A stretch of DNA of 62,567 bases, filler included. It is 8 parts of 8 records of this genome, joined end to end, with 100 filler letters (N's around TTAATTAATTAA, not from the genome) between each part and the next. Parts side by side here need not be neighbours in the genome. Positions count along the whole stretch, not along the records: positions 5,297 to 12,503 come from SRR31147125_33775; positions 12,604 to 17,881 come from SRR31147125_33780; positions 17,982 to 23,163 come from SRR31147125_33815; 5 more parts are not named here. One strand, written 5' to 3'. Numbering within the stretch: position 1 is the first letter of the stretch; each line of letters opens with the position of its first letter. Under the pieces are notes generated by a model. That model ran no database searches. It was not told where the DNA came from and saw only the letters and a program-made list of their open reading frames with translations. The position numbers and the translations under genes were made by a program. Shown here one piece after another: positions 10,283 to 20,568 of this stretch.

Positions 10283-11089
10283 ATGAACTATTTTTGTCTC
10301 CGCCTTCGGGTTGTCATAGCGGTTGCTTGTTTTCTCGCTATCCCTTCTGCGGTGTTTTCTGAATCGCTGACGGATAAGCACCCTGTCTACTCGCTGGTCG
10401 GAGAAGAGCTGAAATATGATATCTCCTTCCTCTGGTTTGATCGCCTTGCCGAGGGCGTGATTGTCTTGGAGCAGGGTGAGGATGATCAGTCTTTTCTGGT
10501 GACGATGGAAGCGAAGACGCTTGGTGTCGCAGCTTTTTTTACCCGCAACAGGATTGAAAAATACAAAACGATGATGCGTATCGGTGAAGACGGACGTCTT
10601 TTCCCGCTTTGGCACAGTACGCATACTCTGCGGGATAAGGGTTCGGGTGTCTCTGAGAAGGTGACACGCTACACCTTCGATTATGAGAAGCAGCGTGTTC
10701 GTTATCAGAAAATAAAGAACAAGAAGGCCTCCAAAGATCGCTGGTACGATCTTAATGAGGAGCAACCTCTGTTCGATATCTTGAGTGCTCTCTATAATCT
10801 GAGACTCGGTTTTTTTGGTCCGGTCGGCCAGGAGAAAATCCTGATTCCGACGTTTCACCGCAAAGGGCCTCAGGATATCGTTGTTGCTCCGTTGCGTGAC
10901 TTGAGTCGCAAAGATGGAGATTTTTTTAAGAACGAACATGTCCGCACAAGAATTCTTGTCGACCCCTCTGTTTTTGGAACAAAGGGTCGTGATATCTTTG
11001 CTGCATTCGATGGCCAGATGAGACCATCACGCGGCATTATCAAAAATGTGATCGGGCTTGGAGATGTTCGCGGAACACTCCGCTATTAG
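10283..11089 (+). CDS. DUF3108 domain exported protein
   Basis: Signal peptide, GEELKYDISFLWF..LAEG, DILSALYNLR, C-terminal GDVRGTL. Confidence 0.75.
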   Translation: MNYFCLRLRVVIAVACFLAIPSAVFSESLTDKHPVYSLVGEELKYDISFLWFDRLAEGVIVLEQGEDDQSFLVTMEAKTLGVAAFFTRNRIEKYKTMMRIGEDGRLFPLWHSTHTLRDKGSGVSEKVTRYTFDYEKQRVRYQKIKNKKASKDRWYDLNEEQPLFDILSALYNLRLGFFGPVGQEKILIPTFHRKGPQDIVVAPLRDLSRKDGDFFKNEHVRTRILVDPSVFGTKGRDIFAAFDGQMRPSRGIIKNVIGLGDVRGTLRY

Positions 11090-11220
11090 CAGGCTGTTGA
11101 ACCCTACTTGTGTTGTAACTGCGGTGTTGTGAATTGCACTTTTTAGCAGTGTTCACCTTGCATTTGTTGCTTTGAAAAAGTTTTTCAGAGCCTGATTTGG
11201 CCCTGAAAATGAAGGAGGAG

Positions 11221-12503
11221 ATGATGCAGAACCAAGATCGGGTATTCGTTATCGGGCACAGAAATCCGGATACAGATTCAATCTGCAGTGCGATCGCCTA
11301 CGCGGCACTCAGACGTCTGCAGGGGCTTGAAGGTGTCCAGCCTGCCAGGGCCGGAAACATCAATCAGCAGACACAGTTCATTCTCGATCATCTGGATGTC
11401 GATATGCCTGAGCTTCTGGCTGATGTCCATCCACGGATCAGAGATGTGGTCACTGAGCAGGTGGTTTCTATTCATGAGAAAGAACCGATGTCTCGTGCCA
11501 TTGAGCTCTATCATCAGCATCATATCCGGATGCTGCCGGTCATCGATGATGAGGGGCGGGGCAAGGGGCTTTTGATGTTGAAACAGGCGACAGAGTTCTT
11601 CCTGGTTCCGAATGAACCGGAGAAGCTTCGCCAGGTCACAGCGTCGATCAATTCGATCCAGCGGTGTCTAGGTGCTGAAGCTGTCTCTGTGCTTGATCCG
11701 GAGACCGTCGAGACTCTCGATCTGTATGTCGGAGCCCGTCGGGAAACAAGCTTTAAGCAGTGGATGAATGAGATCACTCCGGAAAAAACGGTTCTGATTA
11801 CAGGGGATCGGCCGGGCATCCAGCGCTTTGCCGTGGAAGCGGGAATCCGGTTGCTGATCCTGTCAGGTGGTGCTGAAGTTGACCCGGAGGTCCTTGCGAC
11901 AGCGCGCGAGAATAACGTTTCCATTCTGGTCAGTCAGTTCGATACGGCCAACTGCGTCTGGTTGACCCGAATGGCGATACCGGTCGGCTCGCTGGTAGAC
12001 AGTGATTATATGACGGTTCGTCCGAACGACCTGATAGAGGATCTGCGGATCAAGCTGTCGCATGGGAAACAGGCTGGCGCCGTGGTGACGAATGCCGAAG
12101 GGCGGGTCACCGGGGTCGCGACCAAAAGTCATCTGATTAAATCATCGCCGGTCAAGTTGATTCTTGTTGACCACAACGAACTCGCTCAGGCGGTTCCCGG
12201 TGCCGATAAGGTGGAAATTATCGAGGTTATCGACCATCATCGACTGGGGAATTTTCATACCGATCTGCCGATACGTTTTATCAATCAACCTCTGGGTAGT
12301 ACCTGCTCGCTGGTCACGACCCTCTATCAGCAGGCCGGGATTGAACCGGAGAAAAAGATTGCCGGACTGCTTCTGGCGGGACTGCTGTCGGATACCATTA
12401 TCCTTAAATCGCCGACCGCGACAGAGATTGATCGTCAACTCATCCCCTGGTTGGAAGAACGCTCAGGTTTGGATCACCAGCAGTTCGGAGCCCAGCTGTT
12501 TGC
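11221..12503 (+). CDS. ppaC: Mn-dependent family II inorganic pyrophosphatase with CBS/DRTGG insert (3' truncated)
   Basis: GHRNPDTDSICSA, CBS pair around DRTGG (ITGDR), LVDHNE, IDHHR, LLSDT. Confidence 0.95.
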
Positions 12504-12603
12504 NNNNNNNNNNNNNNNNNNNNNNNNNNNNNNNNNNNNNNNNNNNNTTAATTAATTAANNNNNNNNNNNNNNNNNNNNNNNNNNNNNNNNNNNNNNNNN
12601 NNN
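12504..12603. other. Artificial contig linker
   Basis: N44-TTAATTAATTAA-N44. Confidence 0.99.
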
Positions 12604-12857
12604 CCCCCCGTCTTTTAATCCGGGAGATTTAATCCGGATATGGGGAAACACTCGGCGCATCGATCCCAAGACCCTTTCCCGCAATTTATTGAAAAAAGGA
12701 AAAGGAAAAGAAGATTCCTCCCTGCCGCTGGAGATCTCTCCAGATATGTTTCTGGAGGTTGAAGGAAAAATTGCCGCCCCCTCTCCAGGTAGTCGGCTGG
12801 ATCCTACCGGCGTTCGCAGGCGCCTTTTGAAGAAACGAAGATCCTTCCCCCCCATAA
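12604..12857 (+). CDS. 3' end of a hypothetical protein (GDLIRIWG...DPTGVRRRL), apparently fused to the kinase ORF by a C-run error
   Basis: Frame open from the contig edge; TAA one base out of frame after C7 at ~12847-12857; separate GAGGAGG RBS follows. Confidence 0.5.
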
Positions 12858-12871
12858 ACGAGGAGGCGGCA

Positions 12872-14695
12872 TTGGTAGACCGTAACCGCGTCATTCCCCT
12901 CTGGCTCCCCAATGCCGTCATCTTTGTGATTCTCTTTTTGATGATCACCATCTACTTTTCCTGGCAAATCCATGGTGTCGAAAAATCCTTCCTGGCCCAT
13001 GTGCGTCAACATGCCGATATGGTCTCCAAGATAGTTCGCCTCAATGCCGCAGGCTCTTTCAATGCCCGTCAATCCATTGAAGATGTGCTTAAACACCTTT
13101 TGGGAAACACGGCACGTTTTGTCTCTTTTCTCGACATGATCGAACCCTTTGCCGAGGATGAATTGGCAGCATTTTCCAGGGAAAGCGGCCTTGCCGGTAT
13201 CACCATTTTCAGAAATAAGTTTTCGGAATCTTCCGATGCCCTCCAATCAGCAAATCGCTCATCGCAAAACAGTATCTTTGCCCCCATTCACTCCACCGGC
13301 GTTCACAGCTCCAACCACTGGCGCAAACAAGTAGAAGGAATGGAGGAAATTACCCGGGCAAATCTTCCCACGGAACCGACACTTCTGACCGATACGTCGA
13401 AACATCTCTACACGCTACTCTGGGTTGACGACAAATATTCAGGGTACATTATGCTTGGAATTCGAAATGACAATTTGGCTGCCGTCACTGAACGCTTGGG
13501 GATTGAGAACACCATCCGTACCATCACCACCGTACCGGGAATTCGGTATGTCGATATGGTTTCAACAAACAATGAGACGACCAAGGGTGACGGATCCGAG
13601 CAGCAACGCGGTCTAAATGGATTTCCGGAGGGGCAGATCAGTGTGTTGAGTCGTTCCGACAGATCAAACAGTAAAGGGAAAGGAAAAATCAGCGAAAAAG
13701 AAAAGCCCCAAAGCCGAGAGAGCCGTGCCCATGCCGACAGTCAGCCCGTCATTATCCGCAAGGAGGGAAGAGACGTTGCCCACTCCAGCCAGATGGTCCG
13801 GGGCATGCAGCTCAATATCGGGGTGGATGCAAACTATCTAAACCACTTTACCCAACGGCTGACCCTCCATTTTTATCTGTTCGGATGTTTCTTGATAATG
13901 GCGGGCATTTTTCTCTCTTTCATTCTCTACCGCTATCAAAAAAAGGCCTTGAATCAGGCACAGCAGTATGAGAGAGAGCTTTCATCTCAAAGAGAAGAAG
14001 CGTCATTGGGCCGATCGGCAGCGGCCATTGCCCATGAAATTCGAAATCCACTCAACAGCCTGAGCATGGGATTACAGCGACTGACCCTTGAGAAGGCGTG
14101 CGACTCTCCGGCCCATTTGAAACTCATCCGACAGATGTCCGCTGCCGTGACCCGGGCCAACGGCAGCGTCACAGGGCTTCTCAATTATGCCAAGCCGAGG
14201 ATCCCCGATTTCAACCCAGTCGTACCAAAGAATCTTTTGATGGACATCATGGGCCTATATCAACCGGCATACCGTCGTCACCGAATCGAAGTCACAACGG
14301 ATATTGACTTTCACGGCAGTATTGACAGCGACGGAGATCTATTGGGGCAGGTGTTCGAGAATATTATCAAGAACGCCATGGAAGCCCAGCCCGATGGCGG
14401 GCATTTTCATTGCGGCCTTCATGGTGACTCGAATGTCCGGCATCCCCATGTAAAGCATACTTGGGAAGGCCCCTCCCAAGCCATATGGATTCAATTTCGA
14501 AACGGGAATTGCCCGGTTCCTCCGAAAGAGGCCAATCAAATCCTGGAGCCTTACTTTACCACCCGGCCCGAAGGCACCGGACTCGGCATGGCCATCGTGG
14601 GAAGTATTATCAAAAGTCTACATGGAAAAATCCACATCGCTGTGTCGAATACGAAAGAGATCCGTATCGATATTTATTTACCTTTGAAAAACTGA
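12872..14695 (+). CDS. Membrane sensor histidine kinase (ZraS/AtoS-like)
   Basis: Two TM helices, H-box AAIAHEIRNPLN, N-box ENIIKNAMEA, PYFTTRPEGTGLGM; GAGGAGG RBS before TTG at ~12872. Confidence 0.92.
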   Translation: MVDRNRVIPLWLPNAVIFVILFLMITIYFSWQIHGVEKSFLAHVRQHADMVSKIVRLNAAGSFNARQSIEDVLKHLLGNTARFVSFLDMIEPFAEDELAAFSRESGLAGITIFRNKFSESSDALQSANRSSQNSIFAPIHSTGVHSSNHWRKQVEGMEEITRANLPTEPTLLTDTSKHLYTLLWVDDKYSGYIMLGIRNDNLAAVTERLGIENTIRTITTVPGIRYVDMVSTNNETTKGDGSEQQRGLNGFPEGQISVLSRSDRSNSKGKGKISEKEKPQSRESRAHADSQPVIIRKEGRDVAHSSQMVRGMQLNIGVDANYLNHFTQRLTLHFYLFGCFLIMAGIFLSFILYRYQKKALNQAQQYERELSSQREEASLGRSAAAIAHEIRNPLNSLSMGLQRLTLEKACDSPAHLKLIRQMSAAVTRANGSVTGLLNYAKPRIPDFNPVVPKNLLMDIMGLYQPAYRRHRIEVTTDIDFHGSIDSDGDLLGQVFENIIKNAMEAQPDGGHFHCGLHGDSNVRHPHVKHTWEGPSQAIWIQFRNGNCPVPPKEANQILEPYFTTRPEGTGLGMAIVGSIIKSLHGKIHIAVSNTKEIRIDIYLPLKN

Positions 14696-14842
14696 GTCCG
14701 GTTTCAAAACGTGTCACGGATTTTTAAAGGATGCCTGATTTTCCTACGTGACTTTCTTCACCAAAATAGAGACAATGCCCTTACATTCGGATATAAACAC
14801 ACCTCACACTCACCGGAATAGCCACTTAATGGAGGAAAAACC

Positions 14843-16185
14843 ATGCGCATCCTCATTGTAGATGACGATGATACCCAACGGGAGATGCTCCAGGGATTTT
14901 TGGATAATCAAGGTTATGAAACCATCACCGCAGTTGATGGCGCGTCCGCGCTTGCGGTGTTTCAAAAAAACCCCATCGATCTTGCACTGCTGGACAACCG
15001 TATGCCCGGCATGACCGGAGAAGAGCTGCTTGAAAAGATAAAAGCCGTCAACCCGCTGGTGCATGTGATCATGATTACCGCCTACGGCAATATCGGCACC
15101 GTCATCAAGACCATGAAGCTCGGTGCGGTGGAGTTCTTGGAAAAACCGGTGGATCTGACGGTTTTGATGGAGCGTATCCAGGAAGTGGAGATGACCGTCT
15201 CCAGGGATGAAGATGTCGGTGAAGTCCGGGAGCAGCTGGAACAAAAAGCGTTGCCGTTAAAACTCATCGCCGAAAGTGATGCCATGAAAGAGGTGCTCTC
15301 CCGTGTCACCCGTGTGGCCCAAAATGACTGGCCCGTACTGGTCACCGGAGAGACTGGAACCGGCAAGGAGGTCATCTCCCGGTTGATCCATCTCATGGGA
15401 GAGCGGGAAAAAGCGCCGTTCATCGACATCAACTGCGCAGCCATTCCGGACAACCTGTTTGAAAGCGAGCTGTTCGGTCACATCAAAGGCTCATTTACCG
15501 GCGCAACCAGCCCCAGACGCGGCTGCTTTGAGATGGCCCAGGGCGGCACCCTTTTCATGGATGAGATCGGAGAGATGCCCCTATCCCTTCAATCGAAACT
15601 TCTCAGGGCCATTCAGGAAAAAAAAATTCGGAAAATCGGTAGTGAAAAAGATATCGATATTGATGTCCGCCTGATCTCCGCCACCAACCGGGACTTGAAT
15701 CAAATGTCGAAAGAGGGGGCTTTCGGGAAGATCTCTATTATCGTATCAATGTGCTTGAGATCCATATCCCTCCATTGCGGGAGAGGAAATTGGATATCCC
15801 TTTGTTAATGGATCACTTTTTGTCGAAATATGCCGGCAAGCGATTTTCATTTTCGCCTGATGCAAAAGACACGCTCATCAAATACCCGTTTCCCGGAAAT
15901 GTCCGGGAGTTGGAACACATTGTCCAGAGAACCGTCACCTTTGCCCGTACAACCGTGATCCAGCAAAAAGATCTCCCGGAAGAAGTGAGACGCCATGATG
16001 CGTCCGAACGGGGAGACACGTTGGAAGAGCGACTGCTCTCATTGGAACATGATATGATCACTTCCGCATTGGAGAAGGCAAACTGGGTCCAAACACGGGC
16101 AGCCGAAGCACTGGGGATCAGTGAACGGGTGTTGCGCTATAAAATGAAACGGCTTGATATCAGCAATCATCAAAGACGAAGCTGA
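14843..16185 (+). CDS. NtrC-family sigma54-dependent response regulator; frameshift near 15720
   Basis: REC (ILIVDDD, LLDNRMP), GETGTGKE, ESELFGH.KGSFTGA, FMDEIG, FREDLYYR split by the frameshift, FPGNVRELE, Fis HTH AAEALGISERVLRYK. Confidence 0.95.
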
Positions 16186-16289
16186 GAGGCTATTTGCATA
16201 AAAACGCCGCCGTTTCAGCGTCTCCGGTTTTTCATATTTTGTTCTACGGAATTTTTTAAATCCCAGGTATCGAAAAGATAAAAAATGAC

Positions 16290-16318
16290 TTGACACGCTA
16301 AAAAAGCTCATCTATGAC
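16290..16318 (+). promoter_or_regulatory. sigma70-type promoter for the leader/ABC transcript
   Basis: TTGACA-17 bp-TATGAC; predicted +1 falls at about 16325, the A of the leader ATG. Confidence 0.6.
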
Positions 16319-16324
16319 CTATTC

Positions 16325-16444
16325 ATGCATAGAAAGACGAACCATTTTTACTTGACAATTGTAGACTACCGAAAATTTTATTTTTTTATTTTCTTTTTTA
16401 GCAGCTTCTATTTTATGAAGTCTGCTCATGGAGAAGATATGTAA
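16325..16444 (+). CDS. Phe/Tyr-rich attenuator leader peptide (39 aa)
   Basis: MHRKTNHFYLTIVDYRKFYFFIFFFSSFYFMKSAHGEDM*: 9 Phe and 4 Tyr; its 3' end overlaps an antiterminator arm. Confidence 0.7.
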   Translation: MHRKTNHFYLTIVDYRKFYFFIFFFSSFYFMKSAHGEDM

Positions 16445-16552
16445 AAATATCGGACAAGAGAGTGAATAGAAACCATGGGCAGACTGAAAGCGCTTCAGTA
16501 AATCCATGGTTTTTTATTTTTCAGGGCTGTGGGTTTACCCGCAGCCTTTTTT
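16419..16552 (+). promoter_or_regulatory. Transcription attenuator with two terminators and two mutually exclusive antiterminators
   Basis: T1 16470-16512 + U tract; T2 16525-16546 + U6; AT1 16419-16431:16473-16485; AT2 16499-16511:16525-16537. Confidence 0.75.
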
Positions 16553-16583
16553 GTAAATGCAGTTTTTATCAGGAGAGAAAACA

Positions 16584-17741
16584 ATGCAAAAAAGAGTGAC
16601 ATCCATTTCAACCAAGGCGGTATTACTGACAATGATCCTCTGCGTACTCCCCATTTCATGGGCATTGGCAGGATCGACCTACAAAATCGGCGGAATCTTC
16701 TCATCCACCGGTCGGGCATCTTTTCTGGGGGATCCGGAAAAAAAGACCATGGAAATGTTGGTTGAAGAGATCAATGCAGCCGGCGGTATCGATGGACATA
16801 TGCTTGAAGCCGTCATCTATGATTCCGAAGGGGATCCGGCCAAAGCGGTTAGTGCCGTCAACAAGTTACTCCACAAGGACAACGTTCTTGCCATCATCGG
16901 CCCCAGCACCACTCCGACCACTCTGGCCATTGTCAACTTTATAGAGAGAGCTCAGGTCCCCCTTATCAGTTGTGCGGCCGGTGTTGCCATTACGTCTCCG
17001 GTAAAACCGTGGGTATTTAAAACCGCCCAGAGTGATCTTCTGGCGGTGGCGGCCGTTTACCAGCACATGCAGGCCAAAGGGATCAAGAAAATCGGTGTCC
17101 TCACCGTTGCCAACTCATTTGGAGAGAGTGGTAAGAATCAGCTTTTGAGTCAGGCGGGAAAATTCGGTCTGGAAGTGGTCCAGGCAGAAAGCTTCGGTGC
17201 CAAAGACACCGACACAACGGCCCAGCTTACCAAAATCAAATCTGCCTCTCCCGATGCCATTGTCTGCTGGGGAACCAATCCCGGACCGGCGGTTGTGGCC
17301 AAGAACGTCAAACAGCTGAAAATGGACATCCCCCTCTACCAGAGCCATGGTGTGGCATCTCCCAAGTTCATCGATCTGGCCGGTGAGGCCGCTGAAGAGA
17401 TCGTGCTTCCCACCGGTAAAATTCTTGTGACGGATCTTCTCCCGGATGAGGATGCACAAAAAAGTACGCTGAAAAGTTATGAGGCAACCTACAAAGCCAA
17501 ATATCAAGCCAATGTTTCCGGATTCGGCGGCTATGCTTACGATGCCATGCAGCTTCTGGCAAAAGCGCTGAAAGGCAGCGACGGCGATAAAAAGAAAATT
17601 AGAGATACACTTGAAGGCATTCAAGGTCATGTGGGTGTTACGGGAGAATTCAATTTCTCAGCCGGCGATCACAACGGTCTGTCTCCCAAAGCGTTTGTCA
17701 TGGTCGAAATCAATAACGGCACCTGGAAGCTGATCAAATAA
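16584..17741 (+). CDS. Branched-chain amino-acid-type (LivK/LivJ-like) ABC substrate-binding protein, possibly for aromatic ligands
   Basis: AGGAG RBS, signal peptide, KIGGIFSSTGRASFLG, INAAGGIDG, IIGPSTT, SHGVAS, YAYDAM, GVTGEFNFS..DHNGL. Confidence 0.92.
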   Translation: MQKRVTSISTKAVLLTMILCVLPISWALAGSTYKIGGIFSSTGRASFLGDPEKKTMEMLVEEINAAGGIDGHMLEAVIYDSEGDPAKAVSAVNKLLHKDNVLAIIGPSTTPTTLAIVNFIERAQVPLISCAAGVAITSPVKPWVFKTAQSDLLAVAAVYQHMQAKGIKKIGVLTVANSFGESGKNQLLSQAGKFGLEVVQAESFGAKDTDTTAQLTKIKSASPDAIVCWGTNPGPAVVAKNVKQLKMDIPLYQSHGVASPKFIDLAGEAAEEIVLPTGKILVTDLLPDEDAQKSTLKSYEATYKAKYQANVSGFGGYAYDAMQLLAKALKGSDGDKKKIRDTLEGIQGHVGVTGEFNFSAGDHNGLSPKAFVMVEINNGTWKLIK

Positions 17742-17881
17742 ACCGCCATAATTGCCGACGCATCATACAAATGCATGAAAATCAATATATGGCAGCGTGT
17801 TACAAATACATCGTAAAAAATCTGAAAGCGGATCCACAATTGATCCGTAAGGGAGTCGGCGATTACCGATTTACCACTTAT

Positions 17882-17981
17882 NNNNNNNNNNNNNNNNNNN
17901 NNNNNNNNNNNNNNNNNNNNNNNNNTTAATTAATTAANNNNNNNNNNNNNNNNNNNNNNNNNNNNNNNNNNNNNNNNNNNN
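17882..17981. other. Artificial contig linker
   Basis: N44-TTAATTAATTAA-N44. Confidence 0.99.
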
Positions 17982-18267
17982 AAAATTATTTTGGACAGCA
18001 GTGATTTCTTTTATTTTTTTAAAAATTGGCCCACAATCATATAACTAAAAATAGCATCGAGGAAAATTATAGCCACCATTTTTTCATTTAATTTTTACCA
18101 GGAATAAAAGTGATCTTTTTCAACCATTTATTTTCAAAAAGTCCTTGGTTTTTCTTGTTTAAATCTCTATAATTTCAACACATGAAACGTATTTAACACA
18201 TTACAAAATCATACAGCAGGTATCAAGTGCTATCAGGATAGTTTGCTAAGTAAAATGGAGTACACAT

Positions 18268-20481
18268 ATGAAAAACTTTCATTTTATTATTTTAATACCG
18301 GTACTTGTATTTTCAGCTTATGCATATGAGCCGGCTTTTGTGGTTGATGAGCCTTTTTATCAGGAGATTCATATCCCCTATTTTTTACCAGGCGATGCGG
18401 CTAACGATGTTCGTAAAATTTCAGTAGATATGAGCGGTCAGGTATGGGCAGCAACTAAAGACGGCATCTATTCTTTGGAAAAAGATGCATGGAAAGCCTT
18501 GCTTTCTGATGCAGCAAAAGGACCAGCCTATGACATCTCTGTGGACAAAAATGGTTCGGTGTGGTTTGGCGTCTGGAATGGTATTTATCGTTTTTCAGAC
18601 AATTCACTGATTAAAATTAAAAATATTGATTCACCAATCAGTAAGATTCATACAGGAAACACAATACAAGCCATGGGACCAAAAGGACTCTGGTTTATTG
18701 AAAAAGATCAGGCTACTCAACAAGAAATGCCCTACGCGCATTCTGTCCGTTCCCTCCTGCCTGATAAGAATAATGGTTTATGGATCGCCACAGATGTTGG
18801 TTTGTACCATCACACTCCTGAGAAATTGTTATTATTCCAAAATGAACATGATTTATTAGGCGCCGCTGTCACAGATATCGCTTACAGCCAGGATGGGGAC
18901 CTGTGGATTGGTGGCCTGGGCGGAATTACTGTTTATCACGACGAAAATCGTGTGGGGCATTTTACACCTAAAGAAGGTCTGATCAGCATTGACGTCAATT
19001 GTGTGGAACGTGCTCCGGACGGAACCATGTGGATTGGCACCAAACAAGGTATTGCCCGTTTTGATGGAGAATCATGGTCCATGCGCTACAGTCGGCGTTG
19101 GTTAATCAATAACGATGTTCGGGACATCGCGTTTGATGCTAACGGCAACGCCTGGATTGCAACTGCCAAAGGAGTCAGTTTGATAAAACGCCGTACACTG
19201 ACTCTGGCAGAAAAGGCTGATTATTTTCATCGCATTCTGGAAACCAGACACATACGCGCCCCCTATATTGTAGAAAAATGCCAGCTTGCCGCTCCTGGCG
19301 ACACGACCAACTGGCAGCCACGTGATGATGATAATGACGGACAATATACAAGCATGTACCTTGCCATGGAATCTTATCGATATGCCGTAACAAAAAATCC
19401 AAAAGCTAAAGAGAATGCAAAAAAAGCTTTTGAAACATTAAAATTCCTGCAAACCGTGACCGAAACACCCGGATTTGTCGCCCGCACGGTTATCCCCTCC
19501 ACCTGGGATCATATGCACGATGCCAACAGAACCTACACACCTCAGGAATGGGCGGATATTCTTGTTGATAATCCACGTGATAAAATGGTTACAACACGCT
19601 GGCGCCCATCCCGGGACGGAAAATGGTTATGGAAAGGTGATACCAGCAGTGACGAGATTACCGGCCATATGTATGGTTATTTGATTTATTACGACCTGAT
19701 TGCCCGTCACGATAAAACAGAAGCAAAAAGAGTATCTGACCATGTGTGCCGCATAATGGATTATATCATGGACGGCGGTTATACTCTTTTGGATATAGAC
19801 GGAAAACACACAAAATGGGCCGTATGGGCACCGGAGCGCCTGAATGATGATCCCGACTGGGCTCCCGAACGATGGGTTAATTCCGTGGAGATATTATCTT
19901 ACCTGAAACTTGCGTATCATGTTAGCGGTAAAAGTAAATATCAGCAAGCCTATCTGGATCTCATTCATAATCATGGATACCTGGATAACGCACGCCAGGC
20001 CAGAACGACGAATCCGGCATTTATCACGCATATTGATGATGAACTCCTCGCCCTGGCTTACCCCTGTCTGTTATGGCACGAGGATAATCCTGAATTCCTT
20101 AAGGTATATAGACAAAGCGCGTATCGCTGGCATCGCAGTAACGAGGCTGACAATAGCCCCTACTTTAATTTTACATATGCCGCTCTGAGCGGATTCGATC
20201 CAAACCTGGAAAAGTCAGTTGACTATCTTCGTGATATTTCACTGGATCTGGTCAGTTGGCGCATGGATCACACAATTCGTGAAGATCTGGGCCTGGTACG
20301 TTATCCTGAATTTGAAACCGTCTACATTGCGAAAATGCTGCCGGCAAGTGAAATTGCCCTTTTCAGATGGGATAACAATCCCTGGCAGGCCATCCGCGGT
20401 GACGGAGGATATACAGAAAGTGATGGTGTTTTCTACCTGTTACCCTACTGGATGGGTCGTTATTATAATTTAATAAAATAA
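18268..20481 (+). CDS. Secreted protein: beta-propeller (Reg_prop-like repeats) + uncharacterised helical catalytic-like domain
   Basis: Signal peptide; repeated D..G.(L/V/M)W(I/A/F)(A/G)T..G(I/L) blades; C-terminal ~420 aa with DDDNDGQYT, WKGDTSSDE, RWDNNP. Confidence 0.75.
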   Translation: MKNFHFIILIPVLVFSAYAYEPAFVVDEPFYQEIHIPYFLPGDAANDVRKISVDMSGQVWAATKDGIYSLEKDAWKALLSDAAKGPAYDISVDKNGSVWFGVWNGIYRFSDNSLIKIKNIDSPISKIHTGNTIQAMGPKGLWFIEKDQATQQEMPYAHSVRSLLPDKNNGLWIATDVGLYHHTPEKLLLFQNEHDLLGAAVTDIAYSQDGDLWIGGLGGITVYHDENRVGHFTPKEGLISIDVNCVERAPDGTMWIGTKQGIARFDGESWSMRYSRRWLINNDVRDIAFDANGNAWIATAKGVSLIKRRTLTLAEKADYFHRILETRHIRAPYIVEKCQLAAPGDTTNWQPRDDDNDGQYTSMYLAMESYRYAVTKNPKAKENAKKAFETLKFLQTVTETPGFVARTVIPSTWDHMHDANRTYTPQEWADILVDNPRDKMVTTRWRPSRDGKWLWKGDTSSDEITGHMYGYLIYYDLIARHDKTEAKRVSDHVCRIMDYIMDGGYTLLDIDGKHTKWAVWAPERLNDDPDWAPERWVNSVEILSYLKLAYHVSGKSKYQQAYLDLIHNHGYLDNARQARTTNPAFITHIDDELLALAYPCLLWHEDNPEFLKVYRQSAYRWHRSNEADNSPYFNFTYAALSGFDPNLEKSVDYLRDISLDLVSWRMDHTIREDLGLVRYPEFETVYIAKMLPASEIALFRWDNNPWQAIRGDGGYTESDGVFYLLPYWMGRYYNLIK

Positions 20482-20568
20482 TAACGGTCTTTCGAAGGAC
20501 TTTTTCCGACCCTTTTAATATTATATAACAGACTTGGTCATTAAGCATATCATTTAAGAGGACTAAAA

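Noticed and set aside
12689-14695. 668-aa kinase with a long N-terminal extension
   Set aside because: An internal GAGGAGG RBS with TTG at ~12872 and an off-frame TAA after a C7 run indicate two genes merged by an indel.
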